From Octopus vulgaris (Eukaryota), in the NCBI GenBank assembly GCA_951406725.2, contig OX597823.1, positions 101,494,001-101,558,000 on the forward strand: a DNA stretch of 64,000 nucleotides, in the 5' to 3' direction. Both the position numbers and the translations under genes were made by a program. This document shows, in pieces, positions 13,200 to 26,246 of this stretch. The first letter of the stretch is position 1; every line of letters begins with the position of its first letter. The notes beneath the pieces were generated by a model. That model searched no databases. It saw only the letters and a program-made list of their open reading frames with translations, and was not told the DNA's origin.

Positions 13200-16100
13200 T
13201 TTGTTTTAATATACCTAGCCCAGGGTGTTCAAACTTGGTCTAAATTTTTTGATGAAATACAGTTCTTTATTTTGGCGTTGCGTGAAGGTTACGCTGTCAC
13301 TGAATTTATAAAGCGGGTAAGTTGTAAATTTCGGATTTACATTTCCAGCACATCTATCTATGTGTTCGCTGACCGGTATTTTCGGTATTCAGGGTTTCTA
13401 ATTTGTGATTTATGCACCGCCATCCTGTTACGTAAGCTATTTTTTGTATGGCCTATATACTGCCTATTGCAGCCTGCGCATGTTATGACGTAAATTAAGT
13501 TTTCTGATGCGCAGGTGAAGTTTGCTCTAATGGTGAACTGATGGCCTTGTTCTAGTATAAATTCTGAACCTTCTATCAAGATGACACAGATTCCGCAGTT
13601 GGGCCTTCCACATTTTCTAACTGCTGGTTTTGTGGTTGATGTTGAGTGCAGTTTAGCTTGGGTTAAAATCCTTTTCAAGGATTTTGGTTGCCGTTTACTT
13701 TTAATGATGGTGTGTGTTTCGAGGATCCGGTTCATCTTTGGGTCTCCCTTTAGTAGGGCTGTGCTTTGTAGTATGGTGCTGAAGGCCTCATTGTTGAGTG
13801 GGTTGTGTGTAGAGATGTAGGGAAGGGTTTTTAATTGTTCTTTCTTTTTTGGTTTTGTTTGTCTCAGGTCTTCTATACTTAATTTGAGTGCCCTTTGGAT
13901 TGCACTGTCTATTAGGGGCTGTAGATAGTTTCTATTTGTGAGTGTGGTTCTAAGTTCCTGGAGACGTGTGTGTCGGGTGTTTGTGTCTGATATTATGGTG
14001 CAGATCCTTCTAGCTAAACAAAAAGGGACATTTATTCTAGTGTGTCGTGGGTGGCATGAATCAAAGGGTAGGTATTGTTTGGAGTCTGTCGGTTTATAGT
14101 AGATATCTGTCTCAATTTTGTTGCCGGTTTTCTTAATGAGGATGTCTAAAAATGGTAATTCTTCGTGAATTGTATATTATCATTTATTCCATTTAATAGT
14201 ATTTTAAATTCCTCAAGTTTCTCTATACGTTTGTCCCAGATGATGAAACAGTCATCGAGGTATCTTTTCCAGTTGTTCTGGATATAGGTGGAGAAGGTGT
14301 TTCCAAATTTCTTGAGTGTTATCCGGTAGAGTATTTTCTCGAGGTATCCCATCACTAGGTTGGCAAAAGATGGTGCAGTACGCGTGCCCATCGCTGTTCC
14401 CGATCTTTGTCTGTAGAAATTATTGTCAAAAATAAAGTAATTGTTTTCTAAAATAAATCTAAGTCCTTCTATTATAAGGTCTTTGTTTATGCGAGTTGGG
14501 AGTTCAAAGGGGTAGTTATTCAGCCAGAAGGTGATCGCTTCTATTCCTAGGTTGTGAGGGATGTTAGAATAAAGATTAACTACGTCGAATGATACTAGAA
14601 GGGTTTTCTCATTGACTGTTTTATGGAGGTGGTTGAGCATATCTATATCGTCTCTTACGTAGCTTTTGATGTGTTTTAGGAAAGGTTTAAGAAGTGTGTC
14701 TAAGAAATTGCTGAGGCGGTGAGTCTCACATGCTGGCCCTGCTATTATCGGTCTAGGTTTAAGATCATTTGGTGAAGGGATTTTGATGAGTATATCGGTA
14801 GATGTTTTGCATGTTTCTCTAATTATTTGGCTTTTGTGTACTTTAGGGATACCATAGAACAAACTCGATTTGCATTTGAAGTTAGTGATGTATTCATACT
14901 CCTTGTCCGTGAGTCCTTCTCGGTATGTGTTGATTAATGTCCTAAGGTTATGCATTATTTTTTGCTGATTATACTGTTGGGCCCTTTCATAATACGTTTC
15001 ATCTCTTAATAGGGATAGCACTAAATTTTTATAATCGTTTGTATTCATCACTACTATCGCGTTGCCCTTATCTGCCTCCTTAATTGTTATTGCTTTGTCT
15101 TCTCTTAGTTTGATGAGGTCGTTCCATTCTCTTTTGTTAAAGTTAGGGCTGTGTTTTTGTTTCTTGATGAATTGAAACGGGAAATTAGTTATGTAGTCAC
15201 AATAGCTGTCTAAGGCTTTATTCTTTCCCTTGGTGGGGGTGTAATTGCTCTTGTTTCTAGCTATTGAATCCTCATATATTTGTTTGTCTTGAAATTCCTC
15301 GGTGAGTCTTAGTTTCCTGCAAAATTCCGAAATATCATCTTTCATTTCATAGTAATTAGAACGTTGTGGGGTTGGTGTAAATTTAAGTCCTTTGGAGAGT
15401 ATGCTTATTTCGTTAGGTGTAAGTTCTTTGTTTGAGAGATTGATTATCTTAATTACCTGAGCTTTCTTTTGTTTGTCCTTTGCCATTGTGTGTCCCTGTT
15501 CCTGTGTGTAAGGTCTAAAAAATGGTTGGTGTAGTTATGTTCAAAACTACTATTTATCTGTCTCATGTTGTTATAATTGTCAGAGTGAGTTTGTGGTGCT
15601 CTGTTCTGTAGTGTGTTGTTGTACCTAGTGTTCCGTCTTAGTTCATCAGGTATATTGTGTTGGTAGTTGTTTCCTCCGTAGTGCATTTGTTGTTTGTTAG
15701 GTTTGTATGGTTGGTTCCTGGGGTGGATGTTTGGTAGTAGAGTTTTAGTTTGGTTATGTGGATTGTATTTCATAGTATTGTATGTTGTAGCCCTTAGGTT
15801 CGTGAAATGGTGTGGTGGGCCCCTGTAAGTGTTTTGGGGTTGGTGTAGGTAGTGTGGGGTGTGTTTTAAGTGTATTTTTCTGGTGTAGAGTGTTAGGATT
15901 TCTTGGTGGTTGTTCTGTTCTGTTGGTATATGTATTTTTCTGGTGTAGTGTGTTTGGATTTCTTGGTGGTTGTTCTGTTCTGTTGGTATATCTATTTTCG
16001 AACTGGTGTGGTGGGCCTCTGTAGGTGTTTTGGGGTTGGTGTAGGTAGTGTGGGGTGTGTTTTAAGTGTATTTTTCTGGTGTAGAGTGTTAGGATTTCTT

Positions 16101-16693
16101 GGTGGTTGTTCCGTTCTGTTGGTATTTGGTTTTGATTTACTTAATTTTATGAAGGGGTTGTTGGATATGTGTTCATTTTTGAAGTTGGTTTCATAATCCA
16201 AGAACCAGATGGCGCTCTTTTCCCATCGTTGGAGGGACTTAAGTTCCTCTTTTTCACATTCTTCATTCCATAGTGCTGGTAATGTTTCAGTATTGATGTC
16301 GTCTATTAGTTTGATGACTTCTTCGTTGATTTCCTCATCTATGGTTTTTACTTTTTCTTCATTCGTCTTAGCTCTCAGCTTAAGTAGTTCTATTTCCATC
16401 TTCATTTTTTCTAATGACATTTTTTCTCTAAGTCTTCTTTGTTCTTCTGGTTCTTCCGAGATGGGCTTGATTTGTAATTTGCGGGGTATGACTAGGGGTG
16501 TTGAATCTAGCCACTTTTGGTAAATCTCTGCTTTATTCTGATTTTGTATCATTTTCCAAAAAGCGAATTTTCTGTTTCGCTGTAGTGTTCTCCATTGGGG
16601 GAGGGCTTGGTTCTTTATTTGTAATGTTGAAGTTGTACGAGTGGGTATATATTTGTAAAAAATGAAGTTTGAAAATGCTGCTATATTAGACAA
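13200..16693 (-). pseudogene. PLE polyprotein: N-terminal extension, RT, Cys-rich linker, GIY-YIG endonuclease (frameshifted)
   Basis: Segments 15992-16693, 15453-15773, 14146-15486 (ADKG, FYGIPKVHK, RPII, SFDVVNLYSNIP, GTAMG, RYLDD) and 13358-13735 (CGRPNCGIC linker, NLIYVITCAGCNRQYIGHT). Confidence 0.9.
15809..16126. repeat. Nested tandem duplications inside PLE N-terminal ORF
   Basis: Block GGTGTGGTGGGCC...TGTTGGTAT is repeated about 197 bp apart; a sub-repeat of about 60 bp occurs three times. Confidence 0.85.
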
Positions 16694-17068
16694 ATTTTTA
16701 ATTTTTATATATACATTATTTATTTAACATGTTTCGGTTCTTGAAATGACGAACCTTATCGGAAAAAAATTTTTATATATAAAAAAGATAGTTCATGCTA
16801 TCAAATATAAAAAATTCATATATAATAAAAAAATTCATATATAGTGAAGCGAGTCCATGCTATATGTTTAAAGAGTATGATGTAGTAGTTCATAGTGGTG
16901 ATATGCATTCAATATAAAAAATTAATGTTCTTGAAAAAGCGAGGAATTAATTTTAGGTTTTACCTTGTGTTCCATTGGGAGCAACTGTGATGACTTTTGG
17001 TTGGTGTCTGTTCGAATAGTCCTGGTGAATCTTGTGAATTGTTTGGGTTTTATATCACCTGTTAGGTG

Positions 17069-17422
17069 ATATAACAATTGCAGCGTGGAAGGTGTTTGTG
17101 ATACAACAATTGCAGCGTGGAAGGTGTTTGTAAGCCATTTAAGAAACACACAAAAGCCGTTCGATTCACTTCAAAATTTAAGTTTAATTTGTCAAAATAT
17201 TTTCGTCGCTAAAATCCGCGACCTGTTCACTGACAAAAATCCGTGCTGCATCTCGGTCGCGGATTTTAGCGACGAAAATATTTTGACAAATTAAACTTAA
17301 ATGTTGAAGTGAATCGAACGGCTTTTGTGTGGTTCTTAAATGGCTTACAAACACCTTCCACGCTGCAATTCTTTTCGTTTCAGCCCACGATCTCAGATCA
17401 AATTACTTGCTATGCGAGTACA

Positions 17423-17424
<2 letters not shown>
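17069..17424. mobile_element. Fold-back mini-element of a second family, fused to the PLE 5' pLTR and ending in (TA)n
   Basis: 116-bp inverted arms 17108-17223 and 17255-17370, tail to 17424, then (TA)n. A tandem duplication of about 32 bp lies at the junction (17069-17131). Confidence 0.8.
17188..17237 (-). ncRNA. Minimal hammerhead-like motif with swapped G3-C8 core
   Basis: Minus strand TTTGTCA-GTGAACA-G-GTCGC(GGATTTTA)GCGAC-GAAA-ATAT-TT-TGACAAA: 7-bp stem I, 5-bp stem II, palindromic stem III, one extra nucleotide after A9. Confidence 0.6.
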
Positions 17425-17486
<62 letters not shown>

Positions 17487-17680
17487 ATAGTATAGTATAG
17501 TATAGTATAGTATAGGACCATCAGTAGGTTGTCATAATAGAGTTTCAAATGCCGGAGCTAAAGGCTTCGGGCCTTTTTCATCGGCTATTTTTGACGAAAG
17601 ACGCTATGAAAAAAAATACGTTGAATATCAGGGAGGTTACTCTAATATCATGAAAAATATAAAAGATATAAGATATAAAA

Positions 17681-17729
<49 letters not shown>

Positions 17730-17772
17730 ACATACACACAGATATATATATATATATATACACATACAACAT

Positions 17773-17851
<79 letters not shown>

Positions 17852-18167
17852 GATGGAAATATGTTTTAAGAACTATAGTAAGTTGGTAAGGCTGAGTTTA
17901 AGTAGCGGGTGTTTAGGCGCTTTGTCCCCTATCCTCCGACTCCCTAGTACTATATTTCTACTGACTAGCAGTGGTTCCCAACCTGGGATCCTCAGAGCCC
18001 TGGTGGTACGCAAAAGTAGTACTGGGTGTCCTTGAACTAAATTCAAAATTTCATACATTTATATATAAGTTCAGTAAAATTTAGATTCAGTTGAATACGG
18101 TACTTAAGTTAAAGGCACCAAAATTGTGTATGGTATTATCCATATAATTCAAAATGGGGTGATTACA

Positions 18168-18578
18168 ATCAAAATAAGCAACAAGGATATCCAGAGGTAA
18201 TGCAGTACGATCGTTTCATGCGACTCCATTTAATTGAACAATGCAAATATTACAGCAATTTTTAAATGTAGAACTGTCTTCAGCTGCATAAAATTATAGA
18301 ATTTAGTTAAATTCAAAGGATTCATTTGTATAGTTTTCTTATTATCCAAAATCACAAAAAGGATAAGTATATAGACAAAGAACATGTTTCATCAACAACA
18401 TCATAGTTGTAACTTCAGTTGTAAATCCTTCGAATTTAACTAAATTCTATATTTTTATGCAGCTGAAGATTGCTCTATATTTAAAAATTGATGTAATATT
18501 TGCATTGTTCAATTAAATAGAATTGCATGAAGCGGTCGTATTGCATTACCTCTGGACATCCTTGTTGCTTATTTTGAT
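18168..18578. mobile_element. Older fold-back element (about 155-bp diverged arms) followed by (TA)n
   Basis: Arms 18168-18322 and 18424-18578 are imperfect reverse complements. Confidence 0.8.
18200..18289 (-). ncRNA. Type-I hammerhead-like motif with long stem II
   Basis: Minus strand ATGCAG-CTGAAGA-(about 60 nt, CATTTAA/TTAAATG pairing)-GAAA-CGATCG-TA-CTGCAT. The base of stem II is degenerate. Confidence 0.6.
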
Positions 18579-18590
18579 GATATATATGTA

Positions 18591-18687
<97 letters not shown>

Positions 18688-19151
18688 ACGAGCATGTCTG
18701 TGGCAAAATTCATTTAAATAAAAGGGGCGGGAACCACTGCGAAAATGTAGGACCTGCTAGACTAGAACAAAATTTGAAGATATAAATACGATACAACACT
18801 ATTTGCTCATGCTCTGCTTTCTCCACAAGATGGCGAAATTACCGTGTATTATCATCGCTTACTATAGCTTAGAAATAGTTATTTGACAATGAGTTATTAC
18901 AACTTTATAATAATATGGAGAAGACATATGGCTTCTTGTGATTGTAGACTAGAGGTCATTCTACAGCGTGATAGATTCAAGAGATATGTTGAGTCAAGGG
19001 GAATAGCAGATAGTATTAATTGATTCTTGGTCATCTGTACGTTCAGTAGATAGATTTATGTGATGTAGATGTGTGTGTGTCTGTATGTGTTTCTATGGTT
19101 TTGTGCGGTTTATGTATGTATGCATGTATGTGTGCGTGTATGTATGTATCA

Positions 19152-19202
<51 letters not shown>

Positions 19203-19214
19203 ATCTATCTATCA

Positions 19215-19284
<70 letters not shown>

Positions 19285-19587
19285 ATGTCTGTCTGTCTGT
19301 GTATGTGTGTGTATGCAATGGGTTGAGTGTATCTGGTATATCTAATTGTATTTATGAGTATGTGTGTGTCGCATGAACAATATTTGTATTTGTATGCTAC
19401 AAGTGCATGTGCATATTGCCTGCATTTACGACTGTCGCTTGTGAATGTGTATGTTCACAAGTACATGCACATACTACCTGCATATTTCATGTGTAGTGTG
19501 ATGTGTAATGTGAAATATAATGCACTACACTGTATGCAGGGGAGTATTTAGCGTAATAGAGTATACTAAGACTTAAAAGTTTTATGG

Positions 19588-19687
19588 ATGAGCCGTGAGA
19601 GAAGGCATGGTGGCGGTGGTTCTCCGTCGTTCGACGATGAAGATTCAGTTGCTCGATCATCTGAATTATCTGCTCCTGAGTTAACGC
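19588..19687 (+). CDS. Candidate host-gene coding exon (MSRERRHGGGGSPSFDDEDSVARSSELSAPELT)
   Basis: GC-richer, non-repetitive island with 33 open codons from ATG, an in-frame upstream TAA, a consensus phase-1 donor C|GTAAGT and a possible acceptor TGCAG at 19539. No homology recognised. Confidence 0.4.
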
Positions 19688-19939
19688 GTAAGTGGATGAG
19701 CAAACTACAGACGCATGTATCCTTAACATAATTTGCAGGCTTCTATACCATCTCCATCTACCCATTTTCCCTCACAATATACGGGTCAACATGGCACTAT
19801 ATACGGGTCAACATTCACGTGCATGATTCGGTGTATTAGGAAATAAACTAAATGTAATCTGCTTAGATGCAAGTAGGACTGAGAGGCTAAAAAGACCGCA
19901 TCGTAATTGTGAGGTCCAAATTTGAACATCTATCTGATA

Positions 19940-22015
19940 TCTTGGCCCCTACCATCACATCTGAAGACGACGCCAAGGCTTCATTTTACAACCTGCTGAA
20001 CCGCACCATCCCACAGTCCCCGCGCATAACAAACTCGTCGTGTTGGGGAACTTTAACAGCAAAGTCAGCAGTGACCATTGTCTGTGGAATGGTTTTCTTG
20101 GCCATTACGGCATTGGGAAATGCAATGCCATTGGCCAGCTCCACCTAGACCTGGAAACACCCACGGTCTAAACACTGGCACATCCTCGACTACGTTCTCA
20201 CAAGATCCAGGGACGGACGAGATGTACTCATCGCCCGCTCCATGCCTGGGGCAAATGACTGCTGGACGGATCACCGCCTTCTTATTTCTCGCCTTGCCAT
20301 CAAGATCTACTGCCCACCAAAGTGGCTCTCAGAAAACATCCCTTGCTGACGCTTCCACTAAAACTCCGGAACTCACAGGCATCCCAATACTTTAGGGGAT
20401 CCATTGAGAGACACCTGATGGACCTTCCAGAGCCAACCTCTATTGCGGATCGCTGGACCAGCCTTCGTGAAGCCATGACCGCTGCCGCTGAGGAGATGAT
20501 CGGCGTTGCTCGGAAGAAGGACCGAGACTGGTTTCACGAGAATGATGAAACCATCTCCCGTCTTATCGAAGCCAAACTCCGGACCTGCCTAGCCCTCGAG
20601 AACCATTCCACTGTGGAGAACAAACGAAAACACCAGCAAGCATCATCGGAATGCCAGCGAGGAATTCGAGAAGCTCAGAACATCTGGTGGCAGAGGAAAG
20701 CAAAGGAGATGCAAAACCATGCGGACCAACTTTTATGCCGCAACCAAGTTCTTCGGCCTCACAAAGTCATCAGTGGGCGGCCTGAAGAACGCAGCTAGCT
20801 CTACGATAACCGATACCCAAGAAATCCTCGATCGCTGAAAGTCCCATTTTGAGTGCCTACTTAACGACCACTCACGCACTCCTGACGATCTACTCCAAAA
20901 CACCCCACATCTCCCCATCCGCCATTGGATGTCCCTGCCACCCTCATGCCATGAGTTCAACAAGGTACTTGCACGCATGAAACCGGGGAAATCTCCAGGA
21001 CCAAACAACATCCCGTTTGAGTTTTTCTCGTACGGCGGTCTGAGCTGATAAATCCTCAAGATCTGGGGAAGGAAGATTCCCCCGAACGACTTCCGCGATG
21101 CAACTACCATCACCATCTACAAGAAGGGAGATCGAGAGGATTGCAACAACTATCGGAGTATCTAACTCCTGAGTATTGCACGTAAGATCTTCGCCCGTAT
21201 CCTTCTCAATAGCCTCCTCATCCTTGCGGAAGACGTCCACCCTGAGTCCCAGTGTGGTTTTCGACCTTCTCGAGGCACAATCGACTTGATCTTTTGTGCC
21301 AGTCAACTCCAGGAGAAATGTCACGAACAACAACTGACTGCAATATTCATCTTCTGGGATCTAAAGAAAGCCCTTGACAAAGTCCCTCATCCTACAATGT
21401 GAGCCGTCCTTGCCCGGTTTGGATGTCCGGAGGACTTCATTGCCCGCTCCCGATAGGGTATACCATCAAAATGCCCTCACAGATCCGTTTCTCATAACTG
21501 GGGGTCTTAAGCAAAGATGCGTCCTGGCACCAACCTGTTTCTCTTTGTACATGGCCGCCATTTTCAACGAAGTCCCACTAGACTCGCTTTCCATCAACAT
21601 GCGCTATTGCTTGGATGGCGAACTCTTCAATCTCGCACGTCTCCGTGTAAATAAGAGGACTTCCACCATCTCAGTCCGTGAGATGCAGTATGCCGATGAC
21701 ATTGCCACACCGAGCCGGACCGTAGATTGTCTACAAAGGATGACTGATCTTAACAACGCAACTTACGAATGTTTCGGGATCCAGGTAAACACACTGAAGA
21801 CCAAGACACAGATCCAACCTGCGCCAGGCCAGAACAGCCCACTCACAAACATTAGCATCAACGGCCAAACCCTAGAAGAAGCAGAACACTTCATATACCT
21901 TGGAAGTATCCTTTCGAAGACGCTCCACGCGTGAAAAGGGCGTGGAGAACCGGATTGGAGTGGCCCAGTCCGCCTTCGGCAGACGCAGCCAACGTATATT
22001 CTTCAATTTCGATAT
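19940..22015 (+). mobile_element. Degenerate RTE-clade LINE (partial APE + RT)
   Basis: Remnants DCWTDHRLL, DWFHENDETI, IYKKGDREDCNNYR, PESQCGFR, EMQYADDIA and FIYLGS; many frameshifts. Confidence 0.85.
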
Positions 22016-23704
22016 AAGCCGCCAATAAACATTGACAAGAATGACGCAAAAAGAAAAAAAGTTTGACAAATACGTTAATAGTTTAACGGTCTTGGAGCTA
22101 AAAAGAGTGTTGAATCTGCTAAACTAGTGCATCGTCAGAAAGGTGAAGAGAAACAAAGAGTGGGTGGAAGAAAGAGAATTGTTGAGTGTGTAAAAAATTA
22201 AATTACAAAATTTAAAAAGATTTAAAGCAGTAAAATACATATAGAACACCTTCTCATCATAGATTATCGGCTCATTTACCTTCGAATATTATCACTGTCT
22301 TTTCGAATTCTAGGCTTCCAGGCTGCAAAACATAAGCTCACTCAAGGTGCTTTTATGCGGTAGATCCATCTGCTAGAAATAGCAGACAAATCTCCCTGAA
22401 ATCAGACCAAGTTGTCGCAACAAGAAAAAAAAAAGAAAGAAGGAAAGAAAGAGAGTAAAACAAGAGAGTGTTTGAGATAATGTAGTAATACCATACATGA
22501 AAAATAAAAGACTTTGTCGTGGTTGGGTGGTTTTTGACCAGATTTCTGCATGATCAAAGCTGTTATGTGACTAAACAATAACAGTAATAAAATAGATCCA
22601 ACTCCCTAATGAAAATGTTTACGTCAAGACCTCCACTTCGTGTTATACTGAACAGTTGACGGTATTAAAAAATTAAACAGAACTGGGAAAGAAAACTAAG
22701 ATGCATGAGATCAAATATTTTTTTCATAATTCAATTTGCCACGGATACACTGTGTGCCATTAAAATATCTGGTACTTAGCTCCGAATTTATGGCATTAAG
22801 TAGCTGATAAATAAAACTTTCCCTGAAGTGGACGTTGGTCTATTTTGAAAATAACATCCTCAGAATATCTGGTAACAAGCCTAAACGTAAAATGAGACGA
22901 GTATAATGATGTATTTCCAAACACACTCAGAGAAACTCTTCCTGTGGCTGAGTAATCCAATACAATATATTTACTTGCTTATTTCGCCCTTCCTAATGAA
23001 ATACAAAGGGAAAGTAGATAACCAAACACTTCTACAACCCATTTTAACCAGTTAGAGATCAAAAAGCATCGTAACAGGATTTTATTTCAAAGACAACTCG
23101 TTAAGATATCTTGTCAAGATAGAATAACATCGTATCAGTCATCGATGCAGCAAATCCTATATAACTAGATTCATATCAAATCATGTGATGATACCTTTAC
23201 AGCTTTACCCTTTTCCAGATTCGTTCGATTCTGTTGATTCATATATTTTCACGCAATTTATCACGTGGTGCATAGTAGAGAAGTCAAACACAATGCTGAA
23301 TGGTTGGATGTCGAATGTTTATACGATTCATTCAACATATTTACCAAGTGAAACACAAACAAACTAAAAGGACAAATAAGCAGTCAAACTATCCAGCCGA
23401 GAGGAAGACATATTTGTTTCGTTTCGTTTTTGCTTTTTATTTTCTCGTTTTGTTTTCTCTTTATTTGCTGCTAAACTAAACTCTATGAAACTAGTCAGTT
23501 CTTCCTCATGTGAAAATGTTGAAACAATGGAATGTGATAGATAAACAACCACTTGGAATCAATAAAGGATGCTTGATATAACACTAGCTTCTGCATTGCA
23601 GTACATGTCATTGATATGTGTGTGTATGTCTGTGACTATGTATGTATGTATGTATGTATGCACGTATGCATGTCCGTATGTATGTTTATACGTTTGAATG
23701 CATA

Positions 23705-25295
23705 TCTCTCTATATATAAAACTGAGAATGTGTGTCTGTCTGTCTGCCTGTCTGTCTGTCTGTCTGTCTGTGTTTCCCTAAAACTTGAGAACTACACAAC
23801 CAAGTTCATTCAAATTTTACACATCCCTTACTTAGGGTCCATGTAGTTTCATGGGCAAAAAAGATGTTCAACTTCTTGCCTAGAGCGAGCCAATAGCAAT
23901 ATCATATCTTCTCCACTATTTCAGTATTGCGTGTTAAAAGTGAAACAAAAACATTTCTCTATTTTATGTCAGATACTTTCACTTTAACAATAAAAATAAT
24001 AATAACAATTGAATTATATGTAGTAAGTAATAATTAAAATCAAACTAAAGTATAATATCGTAACATAACAAAAGTAAAAATAGCAATTGGTATAAAACTG
24101 CATCAATGACTTGAACTTGAATAAGTGGTTTCACATGAATGGGAATAAATAAATAATAAAATTTAAGTGCAGAAATGGAATAGTCCAGATGGAGGTGTGC
24201 ACGGCTTTTACATTAGATTATTTGCTAATTAGCTAGCATTAAGTATCTATATGAAGTTTGGCTGTATGTAATGTCTGTTTTCTCGAAAGATGCTTCTACT
24301 GAGTACCGCTGTTGGTTTATTTCTGATCCATAAAGGCCTATAGCTTCAACAGAGTACTGCTTTTTGGTTTATCGTAAGGTTTGTTGTCATTATTATTACT
24401 GTTTAACTATTGTTATCACGTTTGTTGGTTCCTCGTCAGGGAAACGTTGTTGTGTTGCATTTGTTAAATAATTGTAAACCGTAACCCTCCCCCTTTGGGA
24501 GAAGGAGCTTTGGTTATTGTTTAAAAATTGAATTGTGTCCCTGTTTGGGGAAATTGACAATATTTTCACCGTTTACACGGAAGCATTTTCAAAATGTCTT
24601 CGATAGAAGAAAGTCCAAAAATGAATTTCGCTGCAGCCGTCGGCGGGCGCGAACTCATTGAAATTAAAATGGAAAAAATACGGATTGATCACCGACAAAG
24701 ACGGTGAATCTAGGATAACACCACCAAACGAAATAAAAATTAAATTGAAGAAAAGACTATTGTCTATAAAGTATACAATGTAGAGAAAAAAAAAGATTTG
24801 AACACCTGGAGGAAAGCACCTTCGAAATGTGTCTTGGTGCGACTATGAAAGATATCAAGTATCTAACTAGAGGCAATAAATTCGCCACAATAGAAGCACG
24901 GTTCGAGTCAACAGAGCGTGCAAGGGAGTACTCGACTCGAACCTTGCAAAGTGGAAATATTTTATTTTTACCTTTATATCTGGGACGTAGGACGTCCCGG
25001 ATAAAAATTAAAAATGTCCCTCCAAAAGTAGAGGTAGGCTGGATTGTATCCACACTTCTATACAAGAGGGAGGACAAGATACAATTGATCCAAATTGCAA
25101 GAGACGGGCCTACAATTCCAGTCTGTTATGTATTTTCATTATTGTTATCACTAGCGATATCAAGATATAACTTTGTATTTTGTATTTTATGTGTAGACAT
25201 ATATATAGAGATGTACATGTAATATGTACACATATATATACACATATATACATGCACTAGCACTATGACCCGGCAACGACGGGTCATAATGCTAG
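23705..25295 (+). mobile_element. Non-autonomous Helitron carrying a captured Tx1 ORF1 fragment
   Basis: 5' A|TCTCTCTATATATAAAA; 3' hairpin TATGACCCG-GCAACGA-CGGGTCATA then CTAG|T; no TSD. Confidence 0.85.
24760..25105 (+). pseudogene. Tx1-like LINE ORF1 fragment inside Helitron
   Basis: ILFLPLYLGRRTSRIKIKNVPPKVEVGWIVSTLL aligns by eye with VVLLPTYLGKRTSKITVTDVPPEIDVAFVIGAIL of the LINE ORF1 at 51409-51633. Confidence 0.75.
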
Positions 25296-25309
25296 TGTAT
25301 ATATATATC

Positions 25310-25344
<35 letters not shown>

Positions 25345-25581
25345 TTGTAGGTAGGTAGGTAGGTAGGTAGGTAGGTAGGTAGGTAGGTAGGTAAGTAGAT
25401 ATATATGTATGTGTGTATATGTGAGTATACTTATATGTATACATAGATATAAATACAAATATATATACTCATAATATATTTACATATATATACATGTGTG
25501 TATGTATATGTGTCTACGCGTAGGTCTTTTGGCCTAATTATCTTTCCTGTATTCTTTCCCTTTTCCCTCTCTCCCTGTATA

Positions 25582-26246
25582 TCTCTCTATATATAAAACT
25601 GAGAATGTGTGTGTGTGTGTCTGTCTGTCTGTTTGTCTGTGTGTTTCCCTAAAACTTGAGAACTACACAACCAATTTCATTCGAATTTTACACATGCCTT
25701 ACTTGCTGTCCGGGGAGTGACATCGGCAAAAAATTTTAACTTTTTGCCTTGGGCGAGCCCACAGCAATATCATATCTTCTCCACTACGATTCCCTAAAAC
25801 TTGAGAACTACACAACCAAGTTCATTCAAATTTTACACATGCCTTACTTAGGGTCCATGTAGTTTCATGGGCAAAAAAATGTTCAACTTCTTGCCTAGAC
25901 CGAGCTCATAGAAATATCATATTTTCTTCACTATTTCAGTATTGCGTGTTAAAAGTGAAACAAAAACATTTCTCTATTTTATGTCAGATGCTTTCACTTT
26001 AACAATAAAAATAATAATAACAATTGAATTATATGTAGTAAGTAATAATTAAAATCAAACTAAAGTATAATATAATCGTAACATAACAAAAGTAAAAATA
26101 GCAATTGGTATAAAATTGCATCAATGACTTGAACTTGAATAAGTGGTTTCACATGAATGGGAATAAATTAAAAATAAAATTAGTGTGCAGAAATGGAATA
26201 GTCCAGATCGATAATAAAAACTTAAATTAAAGAAAAGATTATCACT
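25582..26246 (+). mobile_element. Truncated tandem Helitron copy (same 5' end family) with internal duplication
   Basis: Starts TCTCTCTATATATAAAACTGAGAATG. The CCCTAAAACTTGAGAACTACACAACC block occurs twice, and the body matches 23770-24190. Confidence 0.8.

Larger units (their letters stand above)
12282..17068 (-). mobile_element. Near-complete Penelope-like retroelement (Neptune-like) with two direct pLTRs
   Basis: Direct repeats 12282-12703 and 16646-17068 (about 422 bp, roughly five differences by eye) flank a frameshifted ORF with RT and GIY-YIG domains. The 3' end runs into (TA)n. Confidence 0.92.
17969..18739. mobile_element. Putative non-autonomous hAT (Charlie-like) element interrupted by a fold-back element
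   Basis: Termini CAGTGGTTCCC (17969) and GGGAACCACTG (18739) are inverted; no clear 8-bp TSD. Confidence 0.5.

Noticed and set aside
17535-17592. Minus-strand CCGATGA-hairpin-GAAAC motif between TA tracts
   Set aside because: A 13-nt gap before GAAA and no valid stem III; not supportable as a hammerhead.
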